64,000 nucleotides of DNA from an uncultured Actinomycetota bacterium (GCA_963769325.1 CAVYLH010000003.1:866391-930390), one strand, 5' to 3'. Positions 9,901 through 18,974 are shown, numbered from the stretch's first letter. Program-made: numbers and translations. The notes: a model not told the origin generated them from the letters alone.

Positions 9901-10510
9901 GCTCACCCAGAACGCCCAACGGCAGCAGGAAGCCACCCGCCGGACCGCCGGCGAGGTCGAACACGCCGAAAACTACCTCGGCTGGCTGCGCGGCAAACGG
10001 CACCAACTCACCCTCGACCTGCTGCCACTGCCCGGCGTGGAATACCAACAGACCTACAGCCGCGCCGACCTCGAAGCACTCCGAGACGCCTGGCTCGCTG
10101 AGCCTCAGCCCCGCGAGGCAGCAGACCCGGTCCGAGCGGTCATCGACCTCGTCAACGACGACCGCCACATCGCCGACCTCGCCACCCCCAACCAGTGGCA
10201 CGCACTCGCCGACGCAGCACGGCCCGGAGACCTAGTCTGGGGCGCCGACAACCACAGACCCTGGCTGCGAGGCATGCGCCAACCCCTCCTCGGCTGGCTC
10301 GGCGACCAAGCCAACCGACTCGCCAGCGACCCCCAATGGCACGACGCCACCGACCAGCTCACCAGCCGCTTGACCGCCATCAAACAGGCCGCCGAAACCC
10401 GACACGCCCAACTCACACCCAACCGGCCACCCACACAGACGCGAATCGAACCCCACCGAGAACCCCCAAGGCTCAGCCCACCCGGCCCCGACCTCACCCC
10501 CGGCTGGTGA
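6905..10510 (+). CDS. MobF-family (TrwC-like) relaxase with SF1 helicase domain (start could be 6905, 6920 or 6935)
   Basis: N-terminal Tyr (YVRYL, DEYF), DFIVNGPKEWSI, HUH motif HFSSRAGDPHFHRH, Walker A GAAGVGKT, VVDEAGM, LAYAVTGYGAQGVT, YVGSTRGR. Confidence 0.92.
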   Translation: MYHGSVAITGMGIVRVAGAPGYVRYLSECGHSRADEYFSEHGHAVVTWRGIGADGKLVERQLTAEEFGRFMAGLDPDTGASRWAQRVEAEHVAAVDFIVNGPKEWSILAVLDPGVQAALLRGQVNAERAVLQYLWDNGTVQAKQAGRVVRVPVERIEIASVQHFSSRAGDPHFHRHMEISARVWAAGKWRALDSLGARNLNVAVQAIFHREQLRALRPEFERLGYQVDEVGQIALLRPVVDAMSRRAAQVERNLARIEATWRAEHPGQEPSARILSKWGVLAWEKQRPYKGEAGVLDEELAVWAARIGEVMAEHGIVEPAPGAATDRRVSVALFDRDALAAELVETQGLKRSAWSRADLEAAAIMAVEGRVRGDRAAVDELAGDVVARALGESRLLPSVAGGRPSAAVKWWTSPAVMERENELRAGLAVLADGDRLSVVEGAAGVGKTTNLAGYLEEAVAAGRRVAVVAPTGAAAIVAAGAGVEASTVDSLLGRYGWDKNAAGGWVWVEPDRRPREPLPTGSRLVVDEAGMVSQDAARALVTLAGACGWRVRVQGDSFQFSAVGVGGVMELAKGAARPERVALLDDAGDVHRFRLRTGGRDEAYAAHSIAIRTGTDPEATAATVMGRARVYASEAERQTGIAQEWAERAHAGTGLVIAGTNADVQQLNGLIADRLRTVGIVTGDTIATAPRGEWASETISEGDIVATRVNGVDEAGHRYANRERWRVDALDDVGAYLISLDGRREVRLSVGAAREQLQLAYAVTGYGAQGVTVNEAVLLIAEQMDRPSFYVGSTRGRYTNQAAILAPDGDPNLARAQLEAILSQPGADTGWRAADLAAAADRQRMGDLVDLPSRHVPAIDTGQAAEAAEQIARDADWPDEVRDPHLFDKALAHVDQLQRQRALDAGRQEASLEQLRARLAKAIDTNQHLASREASAAERVGQAEQATKAAQEAVLAAEDRLRHANPFNRGSRERDLTAARDTLWAARQAETGQRTRHAELTQNAQRQQEATRRTAGEVEHAENYLGWLRGKRHQLTLDLLPLPGVEYQQTYSRADLEALRDAWLAEPQPREAADPVRAVIDLVNDDRHIADLATPNQWHALADAARPGDLVWGADNHRPWLRGMRQPLLGWLGDQANRLASDPQWHDATDQLTSRLTAIKQAAETRHAQLTPNRPPTQTRIEPHREPPRLSPPGPDLTPGW

Positions 10511-10614
10511 GAAGTCGCGGTCGACGAGGCTCCGACCTCGAAGCCGACGGATCTCTGGTTTCAGAGCCGACCCAGCCCTCCAGTACCGCCGGCAGCCCTT
10601 GCCCTGGGGCAGGA

Positions 10615-10632
10615 TGTGTACTGTGGTACACA
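10615..10632. promoter_or_regulatory. Palindromic operator upstream of the antitoxin
   Basis: TGTGTAC-TGTG-GTACACA. Confidence 0.5.
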
Positions 10633-10664
10633 GATGAGGTCCTGGTCTGGCGAAGGGACACGAG

Positions 10665-10970
10665 ATGAGCAACACGCAGACTGTGAAGACCGCGCCCTGG
10701 GATGCGGCAGACTTTCTCGATTCCCCAGAGGCGATCGCCGCCTACCTCGACGCCGCCGTTGAGGAAGCACGCGAGGAACCCGGCTACCTGTTGACTGCGC
10801 TCGACACCGTGGCCCGGGCGGGGAACTTCAGCGAACTCGCACGCGAGATCGGCATCAGCCGGAAGGGTCTGTACAAGGCTCTGCGAGAGGACGGCAACCC
10901 GTCCTTCGCGACGATCTGGTCGCTGCTGAACAAGCTCGGCGTCCGCATGGAGTTCCACGCCCTCGCGTAG
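10665..10970 (+). CDS. HI1420-family addiction module antidote (XRE HTH); no cognate toxin gene adjacent
   Basis: WDAADFLDSPEAIAAYL...ALDTVARA...LAREIGISRKGLYKAL...GNPSFATI. Confidence 0.88.
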   Translation: MSNTQTVKTAPWDAADFLDSPEAIAAYLDAAVEEAREEPGYLLTALDTVARAGNFSELAREIGISRKGLYKALREDGNPSFATIWSLLNKLGVRMEFHALA

Positions 10971-10979
10971 CTTTTACCA

Positions 10980-11193
10980 TCCTCATGGTTCGGTGTCACG
11001 TGCGGGTCTCGGCCCGGTTGCCCTCGAACGCGTCGACCATCAATCGCACCCCGGCGGCGTCGGTCAACAAGCCGACGGTGATCCGTGGCTCGAGGCGGCG
11101 TTCCTTGGAGAACCGGGATCGCGGAACCCGTGACCGGTATCGTCTCGAACCATCAGCGCCGGACACGGTACCCAGGCCGAGCTGGCGGTACAA
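10980..11193 (-). pseudogene. IS1634-family transposase remnant
   Basis: FSKERRLEPRITVGLLTDAAG..LMVDAFEGNRAET matches the IS1634 DDE segment; short and internally deleted. Confidence 0.75.
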
Positions 11194-11225
11194 CGCTGAG
11201 GTCCGGGTAGCTGGCTTCTGGGGGA

Positions 11226-11797
11226 TCAGCGCGGCAGGTGTGGCCGGAGCCGTTCGGCGAACCGCGGCGCACCGGCAGTGGAGATCTTGTCGGCAAGCTC
11301 CTGGGGAGTCATTGGGGGGTTCTTCCTGCTGTCCGCCGCGCGGATGAACGATTCCAGAACGCCTTGGCTGCGGTGGGTGAGTAGTTCGCAGAGGAAGTCG
11401 TCGGAGGTGCTGACGTTGACGCCGGCGGCCAGGACCGGTTTGGTGCGCAGGTGCTTGAGGTTGCGGGTGAGCAGCACGTCGACGTCGCCGTGGATCGCGG
11501 CGGCGGCGTGCACCCGGTCGTCGGGGTCGGGTGACAGGTCGTCGGTGATCTTGTCGTCGTACAGGGCCGGGTCGATGCGGTATCGGCCGAAGTGGGTGCG
11601 CACCGCGGCCGCCACGGAGGCGGCCGATTCCGGGGTGCGTTTACCTTCGCGGACGATGACGTCGGTCCACTCGTCGAGGATCTGGTCGGTCCATACCAGG
11701 TGAACAGGAAGTCTTCGGCGAGGGTGAGCAGCACGTCCATGATCGTGAACGGGAACAGCTCGCTGGTGTCGATGAAGACCCGCTGCAGTCGCGCCAC
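11226..11797 (-). pseudogene. PIN-domain protein split by a 1-nt frameshift near 11696 (real or sequencing error)
   Basis: VFIDTSELFPFTIMDVLL...FTW | WTDQILDEW...PDPDDRVHAAAA...LLTRNLKHL. Confidence 0.8.
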
Positions 11798-11801
11798 CTG
11801 G

Positions 11802-12179
11802 CTACTCCACGAGCGCGGCGCGGATCGCGTCGCCTCCGGCGCGGCGCTGGTCGCGTTCGGCGGCGATGTCGATGGCGTCCTGGACCCGGATGCGGCGGTG
11901 GCGGCTACCGGGCAAGCGGCGGAAGGTGAGCACGCCGTCGGAGCAGAGTCGGTCGACGAACTGGCGGGTTACGCCCAGGATGGCGGCGGCCTGGGCGGGG
12001 GTGACTTCGTCCTCGACGCGGAGCACCACGACGCGGGCGCCGTGGGCGACATCGTCGAGCATCGCGCGCACGGCGGCCTCGACCGGGGTGTCGCCGCTGA
12101 GACGGTCGGCCAGGTGTTTCGCATCGGACCGGATGGTGGGGTCGCCCGGGTCCAGGGTGGCGAGTGGGTGGGTTGTCAT
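11802..12179 (-). CDS. Excisionase-family HTH DNA-binding protein (antitoxin-like partner of the PIN gene)
   Basis: EVTPAQAAAILGVTRQFVDRLCSDGVLTFRRLPGSRHRRIRVQD; directly upstream of the PIN gene. Confidence 0.85.
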   Translation of the reverse strand: MTTHPLATLDPGDPTIRSDAKHLADRLSGDTPVEAAVRAMLDDVAHGARVVVLRVEDEVTPAQAAAILGVTRQFVDRLCSDGVLTFRRLPGSRHRRIRVQDAIDIAAERDQRRAGGDAIRAALVE

Positions 12180-12466
12180 GTCCTCCATGGTACGCGCAAG
12201 TGCAATAACAGCAGCCTCGAGTGGGGGACCCGACACGCTTGGCCGCATGGATTTCCACCCCGTCGCCTAGCTTCGCGATCCTCGGGTTCCGCGGATGCTG
12301 AATCTCGCTCCGCCGCTGTCGGACAGCGGACGCCAGCCTGACGCCCCCTCCTAACGCCTTCGCGAGAGACTGTTGATCCGACTCCCAGAGTGAGCCAGAC
12401 GACACCGGACCGAGTGCTTGGGGGAACACCCGGAACAACGGATTTGGCGTCGGTCGCTGACGGCTT

Positions 12467-12488
12467 GGGAGTCCGCAGGGAGTCCGCA
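12467..12488. repeat. Perfect 11-bp tandem repeat GGGAGTCCGCA x2 (candidate integrase arm-type sites at the island edge)
   Basis: Seen directly. A second imperfect repeat GCCAACCTG(G)CCAA occurs at about 12513 and 12555. Confidence 0.5.
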
Positions 12489-12988
12489 AAATCTGCAGCT
12501 GCCCCAAACGCCGCCAACCTGCCAAACTGAGAAATGCCTAGTCAAGTGCGGTTTGCCAACCTGGCCAACATGACCAATTCCGGCCGTTTGGGCCGAAAAC
12601 AGAATCCGGCTTACAGGCCGACTCGTCCCCTCATCTGGCCTGGACTAGGCAGTTCGTTGAGGTCGAAGCCTTCGAGCTTCGCACCGTATCTTCGCCCGCC
12701 GCACTATTCCCGAGAAGTCGTCCAGCGCCACGCCTGACCGTGGGAGGTCGTGAACAGGAGAGGCCGTGGGTTCCTGGCGGGTACTGCTCGCGGGTTGACC
12801 CTCACCATCCACGGCTGGGTAGAAACCCCGCTGGCGCCGTCCATCATGTGACGATCTCCGCACCGCAGGTAACGACACCATTAACCGCCCGGGATCGGGA
12901 GTAATCGGCGAAAGCCAACCCTACCGTTGCCCACATCGGCGCCGATTCCGGCGTCGATCTTCCATTTCTGGTGAAGGACGGTCACGCG

Positions 12989-14479
12989 ATGAGCACTGTC
13001 ACCGAAGGAGAACCGGTAGCTGTTTCCGGTGTCACCTATCAGCGGCCCGAGGAGGGCTATTTCGAGAAGCGGAAGCTCAAGCGCACCGCTGGTTTCTGGG
13101 GCTTGTGGGGCATGGGGATCGCCGCTGTCATCTCAGGCAACTTCTCGGGTTGGAACGGCGGAATCGCTGCTGCCGGCTGGGGAGGATTCATGATTGCGGC
13201 CCTGATCGTGGTGGCGATGTACGTGCTCATGATCGAATCGATCTCGGAAATGGCCGCCGCCATGCCGCACACCGGTGGCGCTTATTCCTTCGCCAGGGCA
13301 GCGATGGGACCGTGGGGCGGTTTCGTCACCGGGTTGGCCGAAACCATCGAGTATGTGATGACCACGGCGGTCGTGGTCTACTTCTCGGCGCAGTACGCCG
13401 ACGGAATCGTCGAGCAGCTCACGGGATTCAGCCTGATCAACCTGGGCTTCGCCTGGGTGTGGTGGGTGGCGATCTTCGCCGTGTTCGTTCTGCTCAACGC
13501 TGCCGGCGCGCACGTGTCGTTCAAGTTCGCCATCGTGGTCTCGGTGATGTCGATCGCCATCCTGGTGACCTTCGCGGCCATGGCGGTTCTCTCCGGCGCC
13601 TTCAACCCCGCCGCCCTGTTCGACATGGCTCCCGCTCCCGGCACATCCAGCTTCCTTCCGTTGGGCGTTGGATCGATCCTGTTCGCGCTGCCGTTCGCCA
13701 TGTGGCTCTTCCTCGGCATCGAGGAGCTCCCACTGGCCGCAGAAGAGGCCCATGACCCTGAGCGCGACATCCCACGCGCCGGACGCGGCGGCCTGATCAC
13801 CCTGATCGCCACCGGAACGCTCGTGGTCGTGCTGAACCCCGGGGTCGTGGGCGCCACCGCGATCGGCCCCTCCACCGAGCCGCTGCTGGACGGATTCCGA
13901 GCGATCATTCCCGGCGACATCGCCGCCATCCTGTCCACCTTCGCGCTCGTAGGTCTGCTCGCATCGGTGCAGGGGATCATGTTCGCCTACGGACGCAACA
14001 TGTACTCCCTGTCGAGGGCCGGCTACTACCCGAAGGTCCTGTCGCTCACCGGTGCCCGGCAGACGCCCTTCCTCGCTCTGATCGTAGGCGCGGTGATCGG
14101 GTTCGCCTCCCTCCTGGTCGTGCAGTACGGCAGCACCGAAGCGGGCTCCGTCGTGCTGAACATCGCGGTGTGGGGCGCGGTCCTGGCGTACCTTCTGCAG
14201 ATGGCGTCGTTCGTAATCCTGCGCTGGAAGTTCCCGCAGGCACAACGTCCGCACGTCAGCCCTTTCGGGGTCACCGGAGCCGTGATCGCCGGCGTGATCG
14301 CGGCGGCCATCTTCGTCGGCGTCTTGATGAATCCCGCCTACACCATCGCGATCTACACCGTGGTGGTCCTCTACGTCCTGGCCCTGGTTGCCTTCGCCCT
14401 CCACGGCCGCCACAACCTGGTGCTGTCCCCCGAGGAGGAGTACGCGCTGACCGGGGGCCTCACCGCCGACCACGAATAG
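12989..14479 (+). CDS. eat: Ethanolamine permease (APC family)
   Basis: YFEKRKLKR..GFWGLWG.GIAAVISG.FSGWN, PHTGGAYSFARAAMGPWGGF, WLFLGIEELPLAAEE; next to eutBC. Confidence 0.88.
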   Translation: MSTVTEGEPVAVSGVTYQRPEEGYFEKRKLKRTAGFWGLWGMGIAAVISGNFSGWNGGIAAAGWGGFMIAALIVVAMYVLMIESISEMAAAMPHTGGAYSFARAAMGPWGGFVTGLAETIEYVMTTAVVVYFSAQYADGIVEQLTGFSLINLGFAWVWWVAIFAVFVLLNAAGAHVSFKFAIVVSVMSIAILVTFAAMAVLSGAFNPAALFDMAPAPGTSSFLPLGVGSILFALPFAMWLFLGIEELPLAAEEAHDPERDIPRAGRGGLITLIATGTLVVVLNPGVVGATAIGPSTEPLLDGFRAIIPGDIAAILSTFALVGLLASVQGIMFAYGRNMYSLSRAGYYPKVLSLTGARQTPFLALIVGAVIGFASLLVVQYGSTEAGSVVLNIAVWGAVLAYLLQMASFVILRWKFPQAQRPHVSPFGVTGAVIAGVIAAAIFVGVLMNPAYTIAIYTVVVLYVLALVAFALHGRHNLVLSPEEEYALTGGLTADHE

Positions 14480-14574
14480 CGCTCCTCCCGAAGAGCGTTC
14501 TCCAGGCCCGGCCGGCTCGACGATCTCGTCGAGGCGGCCGGGTCAGCCCTGCCGCATTCTCGATCCCTCTCCGC

Positions 14575-15327
14575 TCAGGATCCGATCGTCCTGGTGTCCT
14601 TGAGGTCCACCCCGGAGCGACCCAGCGCCCGGGCGCCGTAGAGCAGTCTCAGCGCTGTCTCGGCGGCGGCCGAGTAGCCAAGCCCCTCGGGCGGGTGAAT
14701 ATTGGAGACGCAGTTCCGTTCCGCGTCGCTGCGTCCCGGCTTCGGCCGGTGGGTGAGGTAGATCCCCAGGCTGTCGGCCACCGACAGCCCCGGACGCTCC
14801 CCGATCAGCACCAGCACAGTGCGCAGTCCCATCGCCTGGCCGATCCCATCGCCCACCGCCACGCGACCCTGGGTGACCACCACGGGCGGCGCGAGACTCA
14901 GCGCAGGGTCCAAGCGCTCACGCAGGGCCGCGACCAGAGGCACGGCGTGCGCACCCACAGCCTTCGACGACAGGCCGTCGGCGATCACGACACCCACGTC
15001 CCATCCCCCAGTGGGCAGGGTGGTTGAGTGACCCGGTAGCCGTCCGAGGTCGGGGCGACGCAGGTAGGTGCCGCGGTCGTCAGCCTGGCTGGCCACCAGG
15101 ATCGGCTCGCCAAGGCCCAAGCCGCCCAAGCCGGACATCAGCGCGGAGGTGTCCAGCGGGACATGCACGGCGTCGCGTGCGGCGGCGAGTGCGGCCTGCA
15201 ACTCCAGCACCGCCGGCGCCGGCAGGCTCATCCCCGCCCGCCCCAACCCGATCCGAGCCTGCGTGGTGGCGCGTAGCGGCGTCCACTCATCGAGTGGCCC
15301 GCCCCGACGGGACACCACCCCGGTCAC
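14575..15327 (-). CDS. eutC: Ethanolamine ammonia-lyase small subunit
   Basis: TQARIGLGRAG, YLRRPDLGR, IADGLS, LIGERPGLS..DSLGIYLT, DAERNCVSNI. Confidence 0.95.
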   Translation of the reverse strand: MTGVVSRRGGPLDEWTPLRATTQARIGLGRAGMSLPAPAVLELQAALAAARDAVHVPLDTSALMSGLGGLGLGEPILVASQADDRGTYLRRPDLGRLPGHSTTLPTGGWDVGVVIADGLSSKAVGAHAVPLVAALRERLDPALSLAPPVVVTQGRVAVGDGIGQAMGLRTVLVLIGERPGLSVADSLGIYLTHRPKPGRSDAERNCVSNIHPPEGLGYSAAAETALRLLYGARALGRSGVDLKDTRTIGS

Positions 15328-16736
15328 GACGTCGCTCCCGCCAGCGCGCGCAGGTTCGAGTCACTCAACTCCAGGCCCCGGACGCCGCCGTCGGCGTCGG
15401 CGATCCCCTGCCGGATCAGCCACGCCTCGAACTCCGGCGCCGGCCGAAGCCCCAAAGCCTGCCGGATCACCAGCGCGTCGTGGTAGGCCAGGGACTGATA
15501 GCCCAGCATGATGTCGTCGGCGCCGGGCACCGTGATCACGAAGTTCACCCCTGCCACCGCCAACAGCGTGAGCAGGGTGTCCATGTCATCGAAATCGGCC
15601 TCCGCGTGATTGGTGAAGCAGACGTCGACCCCCATCGGGACGCCGAGCAGCTTGCCGCAGAAGTGGTCCTCCAACCCGGCGCGGATGATCTGCTTGCCGT
15701 CGTAGAGGTACTCGGGGCCGATGAACCCGACCACGGTGTTGAGCAACAGCGGCTCGAACTCCCTCGCCAGTCCGTAGGCGCGCGCCTCCAGGGTCTGCTG
15801 GTCGACCGCCCGTCCACCGGTGCCCAGATTCGCTCCCGCGCTCAGCGAAGACCCCTGCCCGGTCTCGAAGTACATGACGTTCTCGCCCACGGTGCCCCGA
15901 TCCAGCGACCGTCCGGCGTCGAGACCCTCGCGCAGCATCGCGATGTTCACCCCGAAGGAGGAGTTGGTAGCTTCAGTGCCGCCGATGGACGCGAACACCA
16001 AGTCGACGGGGGCACCGGCTTCGATCAGACCGATGGTCGTGGTGGTGTGGGCCAACACGCAAGACTGCATCGGGATCTGGTAGGCCTGGCGCACCTCGTC
16101 GAGCAGCCCGACCAGGTCGGTGGTTACCTGCGGAGAGTCGCCGGCGGGATTGATCCCCACCACGGCGTCACCCTGCCCCAGCAGCAGTCCGTCCAGCAGG
16201 GACGCGGCCACCCCGCGAAGATCATCGGTGGGGTGATTCGGTTGGAGTCGGGTGGCCAGCCGGCCGGGAAGCCCGAGCGTGGTGCGGAAACCGGTGACGA
16301 CCCGGGCAGCCCTCGCGACCGCGATCAAATCCTGGTTTCGCATGATCTTGCTGACCGCGGCCACCATTTCGGGGGTCAGCCCCGGCGCCACCGACGCCAG
16401 GACGGCAGCTGCGTCCGGACGGATGGCGACTTCCAACAGCCAGTCCCGCAGGCCGCCGACGCTGAGGTGGGCGATCGGAGCCATCGCTTCAGTTGAGTGC
16501 GAGTCGATCAACAACCTGCTGATCTCGTCCGTTTCGTACGGCACGACGGTCTCGTTGAGGAAGGTGCCCAGGTTCACCTCGGCCAGCGCCCACGCCGCGG
16601 CCGCCCGTTCGGCCTCGGAACGTGCCGCGCACCCGGCAAGCTCGTCCCCCGATCGTCGAGGGGTGGCTTTGGCCATCAGGTCCACCAGCGAGTCGAACTG
16701 GTAGCTGTGCCCGTTGATCGTCTGACCGGCGAACAT
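15324..16736 (-). CDS. eutB: Ethanolamine ammonia-lyase large subunit
   Basis: AKATPRRSGDELAG, RLQPNHPTDD, GDAVVGINP, MYFETGQGS, GLEDHFCGKLLGVPMGVD.CFTNHA. Confidence 0.96.
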   Translation of the reverse strand: MFAGQTINGHSYQFDSLVDLMAKATPRRSGDELAGCAARSEAERAAAAWALAEVNLGTFLNETVVPYETDEISRLLIDSHSTEAMAPIAHLSVGGLRDWLLEVAIRPDAAAVLASVAPGLTPEMVAAVSKIMRNQDLIAVARAARVVTGFRTTLGLPGRLATRLQPNHPTDDLRGVAASLLDGLLLGQGDAVVGINPAGDSPQVTTDLVGLLDEVRQAYQIPMQSCVLAHTTTTIGLIEAGAPVDLVFASIGGTEATNSSFGVNIAMLREGLDAGRSLDRGTVGENVMYFETGQGSSLSAGANLGTGGRAVDQQTLEARAYGLAREFEPLLLNTVVGFIGPEYLYDGKQIIRAGLEDHFCGKLLGVPMGVDVCFTNHAEADFDDMDTLLTLLAVAGVNFVITVPGADDIMLGYQSLAYHDALVIRQALGLRPAPEFEAWLIRQGIADADGGVRGLELSDSNLRALAGATS

Positions 16737-16856
16737 GACACCCCTCCCTGCGAACCAGCTGCCAGCAAAGCCGGTCCGTGTTAGCGGGGAGTTACCGCAG
16801 CATTGCAGCACCGAGAAGGCGCGGGCTCCGCAGGCATCGGTCAACCCGGAGCGGGA

Positions 16857-17486
16857 TCAGCCCCTGGCCACGTGATGCTCGAGCTGCCGGCGCAGCCCGC
16901 CGCCGAGCCGAGGCTCGGCGGCCAGGTCGGCGAGCAACTCAGGCCGCGTCGTGCCGGCCTGGAAGGCGAATCCCACCGTGAGGTGGTGATCCCGGGTCTC
17001 CACCACCTGGATCGGATCGCCCGAGCGAACCTCCCCTGGCTCGATCACCCTCAGGTAGGCGCCGGGGACACCGTGCCGGGTGAAGCGCTTCACCCAGCGG
17101 CGCTCACCGATGGCGCCCGCGAAGACCGAACAGGGAATCCGGACGCCGGTGACCTCCAGCAGCGACGCGCCGACGCGCCACCGCTCGCCGATCCTGGCGT
17201 CCTGGATGTTCACACCCACCGTGGTGAGGTTCTCGCCGAATGTGCCGGGGGCGAGGGCACGTCCGAGCTCACGCTCCCAGTACGCGTAGTCCTCGCGCGC
17301 GAACGCATACACCGCCTGGTCGGGCCCTCCGTGGTGCGTGAGGTCGGCGATCTCGTCATCCCCCACCCCGAGCCGATGAATCAGCACCGGGTGGGCAACC
17401 GGGCGCTTGTCGATCGCGGTACGGCGCAACGTGCCGTGCTCGGTCGGCCGGATCCGTCCGAGGTTGACCGCCTCCAGGTGCGCCAT
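16857..17486 (-). CDS. MOSC-domain protein (YiiM-like)
   Basis: TAIDKRPV, HHGGPDQAVYAF, FGENLT, IGERWRVG, RIPC. Confidence 0.9.
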   Translation of the reverse strand: MAHLEAVNLGRIRPTEHGTLRRTAIDKRPVAHPVLIHRLGVGDDEIADLTHHGGPDQAVYAFAREDYAYWERELGRALAPGTFGENLTTVGVNIQDARIGERWRVGASLLEVTGVRIPCSVFAGAIGERRWVKRFTRHGVPGAYLRVIEPGEVRSGDPIQVVETRDHHLTVGFAFQAGTTRPELLADLAAEPRLGGGLRRQLEHHVARG

Positions 17487-17587
17487 GGGCCGGAATCCTA
17501 CGCCTGGGCGGACGGCGCCGCCCGCTCGGCAGTGTCACGGCGTGGCCGGACATGCAGCATCGCGGGCGCGGGCCTAGAGTTCTGCGG

Positions 17588-18904
17588 GTGAGCGATCCGA
17601 AACAGACCAAAGTCGTCCTCGACGAGTCGCAGATGCCAACCCACTGGTACAACATCGTCGCCGACCTGCCGACTCCCCCGGCCCCGCACCTTCACCCGGG
17701 CACCAACCAGCCGCTGGTGCCAGAAGACCTCGCCGCGCTCTTCCCGAGCGGCCTGATCGAGCAGGAGGCGTCCACGCAGCGGTGGATCGAGATCCCCGCC
17801 GAGGTACATGACATCTATCGGCTGTGGCGGCCGTCCCCGTTCTACCGGGCGCACCGCTTGGAGCGGGCGCTTGGCACAACGGCCAGGATCTATTACAAGT
17901 ACGAGGGCGCGTCGCCGGTCGGCAGCCACAAGACGAATTCGGCCGTCCCGCAGGCCTACTACAACAAGATCGCCGGACGCACCCGATTGACCACCGAGAC
18001 CGGTGCCGGCCAATGGGGTTCGGCGCTGGCCTTCGCGTGCCAGATCTTCGGCCTGCAATGCGACATCTGGCAGGTGCGAAGCTCCTACGAGGGGAAGCCG
18101 TACCGCCACGTCCTGATGGAGACGTTCGGGGCGAGCGTCGTAGCGAGCCCCTCCGAACTGACCGAGGCCGGAAAGGCGCTGCGGCAACAGTTCCCGGATA
18201 CGACCGGTTCGCTGGGGATGGCGATCAGCGAGGCCGTCGAGGCCGCCGCGAAGGACGAGAATGCCAGCTACTCGCTCGGGTCGGTGCTCAACCACGTCAC
18301 CCTGCACCAGACGGTGATCGGGCAGGAGGCGTTGAAGCAACTGGCCTTGTTCGGTGAGCGCAGCGCGGACTACCTGTTCGCGTGCGCCGGCGGCGGCTCG
18401 AACCTGGCAGGGATCAGTTTCCCGTTCATCCGGGAGAACCTCGAAGGCCGAGCAGCCACGAAGATCGTCGCGTGCGAGCCGAAAGCCGCGCCGTCACTGA
18501 CCGAAGGTGAGTTCCGTTACGACTTCGGCGACACCGCCCATCTGACGCCGCTGCTGAAGATGTACTCCCTCGGCGCCGACTTCGTGCCTGACCCGGTGCA
18601 CGCCGGCGGGCTGCGCTACCACGGCATGTCGCCCCTGGTCAGCCACTGCTACGCGGAGGGCCTGATCGGCGCCATCGCAGTCAGGCAGCGGGAGGCTTTC
18701 GAGGCCGGCGTGCTGTTCGCCCGCGCGGAGGGCATCGTCCCGGCTTCGGAATCGAACCACGCGATCGCGGGTGCGATTCGCCAGGCCAGGCAGGCCACGG
18801 AAGACTCCGAGTCCCCGGTGATCGTGATCGGCGTCTCCGGCTCCGGGCAACTCGACCTGCCGGCCTACGCCGAGTTCCTTGCCGGCGACATGGCCGACAG
18901 CTGA
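17588..18904 (+). CDS. TrpB-like PLP enzyme (TrpB2)
   Basis: IYYKYEG.SPVGSHKTN, TTETGAGQWGSAL, YSLGSVLNHV, GGGSN, HAGGLRYHG. Confidence 0.92.
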   Translation: MSDPKQTKVVLDESQMPTHWYNIVADLPTPPAPHLHPGTNQPLVPEDLAALFPSGLIEQEASTQRWIEIPAEVHDIYRLWRPSPFYRAHRLERALGTTARIYYKYEGASPVGSHKTNSAVPQAYYNKIAGRTRLTTETGAGQWGSALAFACQIFGLQCDIWQVRSSYEGKPYRHVLMETFGASVVASPSELTEAGKALRQQFPDTTGSLGMAISEAVEAAAKDENASYSLGSVLNHVTLHQTVIGQEALKQLALFGERSADYLFACAGGGSNLAGISFPFIRENLEGRAATKIVACEPKAAPSLTEGEFRYDFGDTAHLTPLLKMYSLGADFVPDPVHAGGLRYHGMSPLVSHCYAEGLIGAIAVRQREAFEAGVLFARAEGIVPASESNHAIAGAIRQARQATEDSESPVIVIGVSGSGQLDLPAYAEFLAGDMADS

Positions 18905-18974
18905 GCATCGAGCCACGCTGAGGGACCGAACGCACCGTGGACTCCTCCCAAGACCGAAACGGTGCGCTGAACCC

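Larger units (their letters stand above)
1..12600. mobile_element. Integrated mobilizable element / genomic island (right part; left end outside the window, right boundary approximate)
   Basis: XRE repressor with divergent Xis-like gene, MobF relaxase, three TA-related modules, two IS relics and truncated genes. Housekeeping genes start at 12989. Confidence 0.7.

Noticed and set aside
6872-10201. 1109-aa minus-strand ORF
   Set aside because: Antisense shadow of the relaxase, typical of high-GC DNA.
12250-12960. tRNA or riboswitch (for example cobalamin) at the island edge or upstream of eat
   Set aside because: I could not identify a cloverleaf, T-loop or B12-box; an Infernal/Rfam search would settle it.
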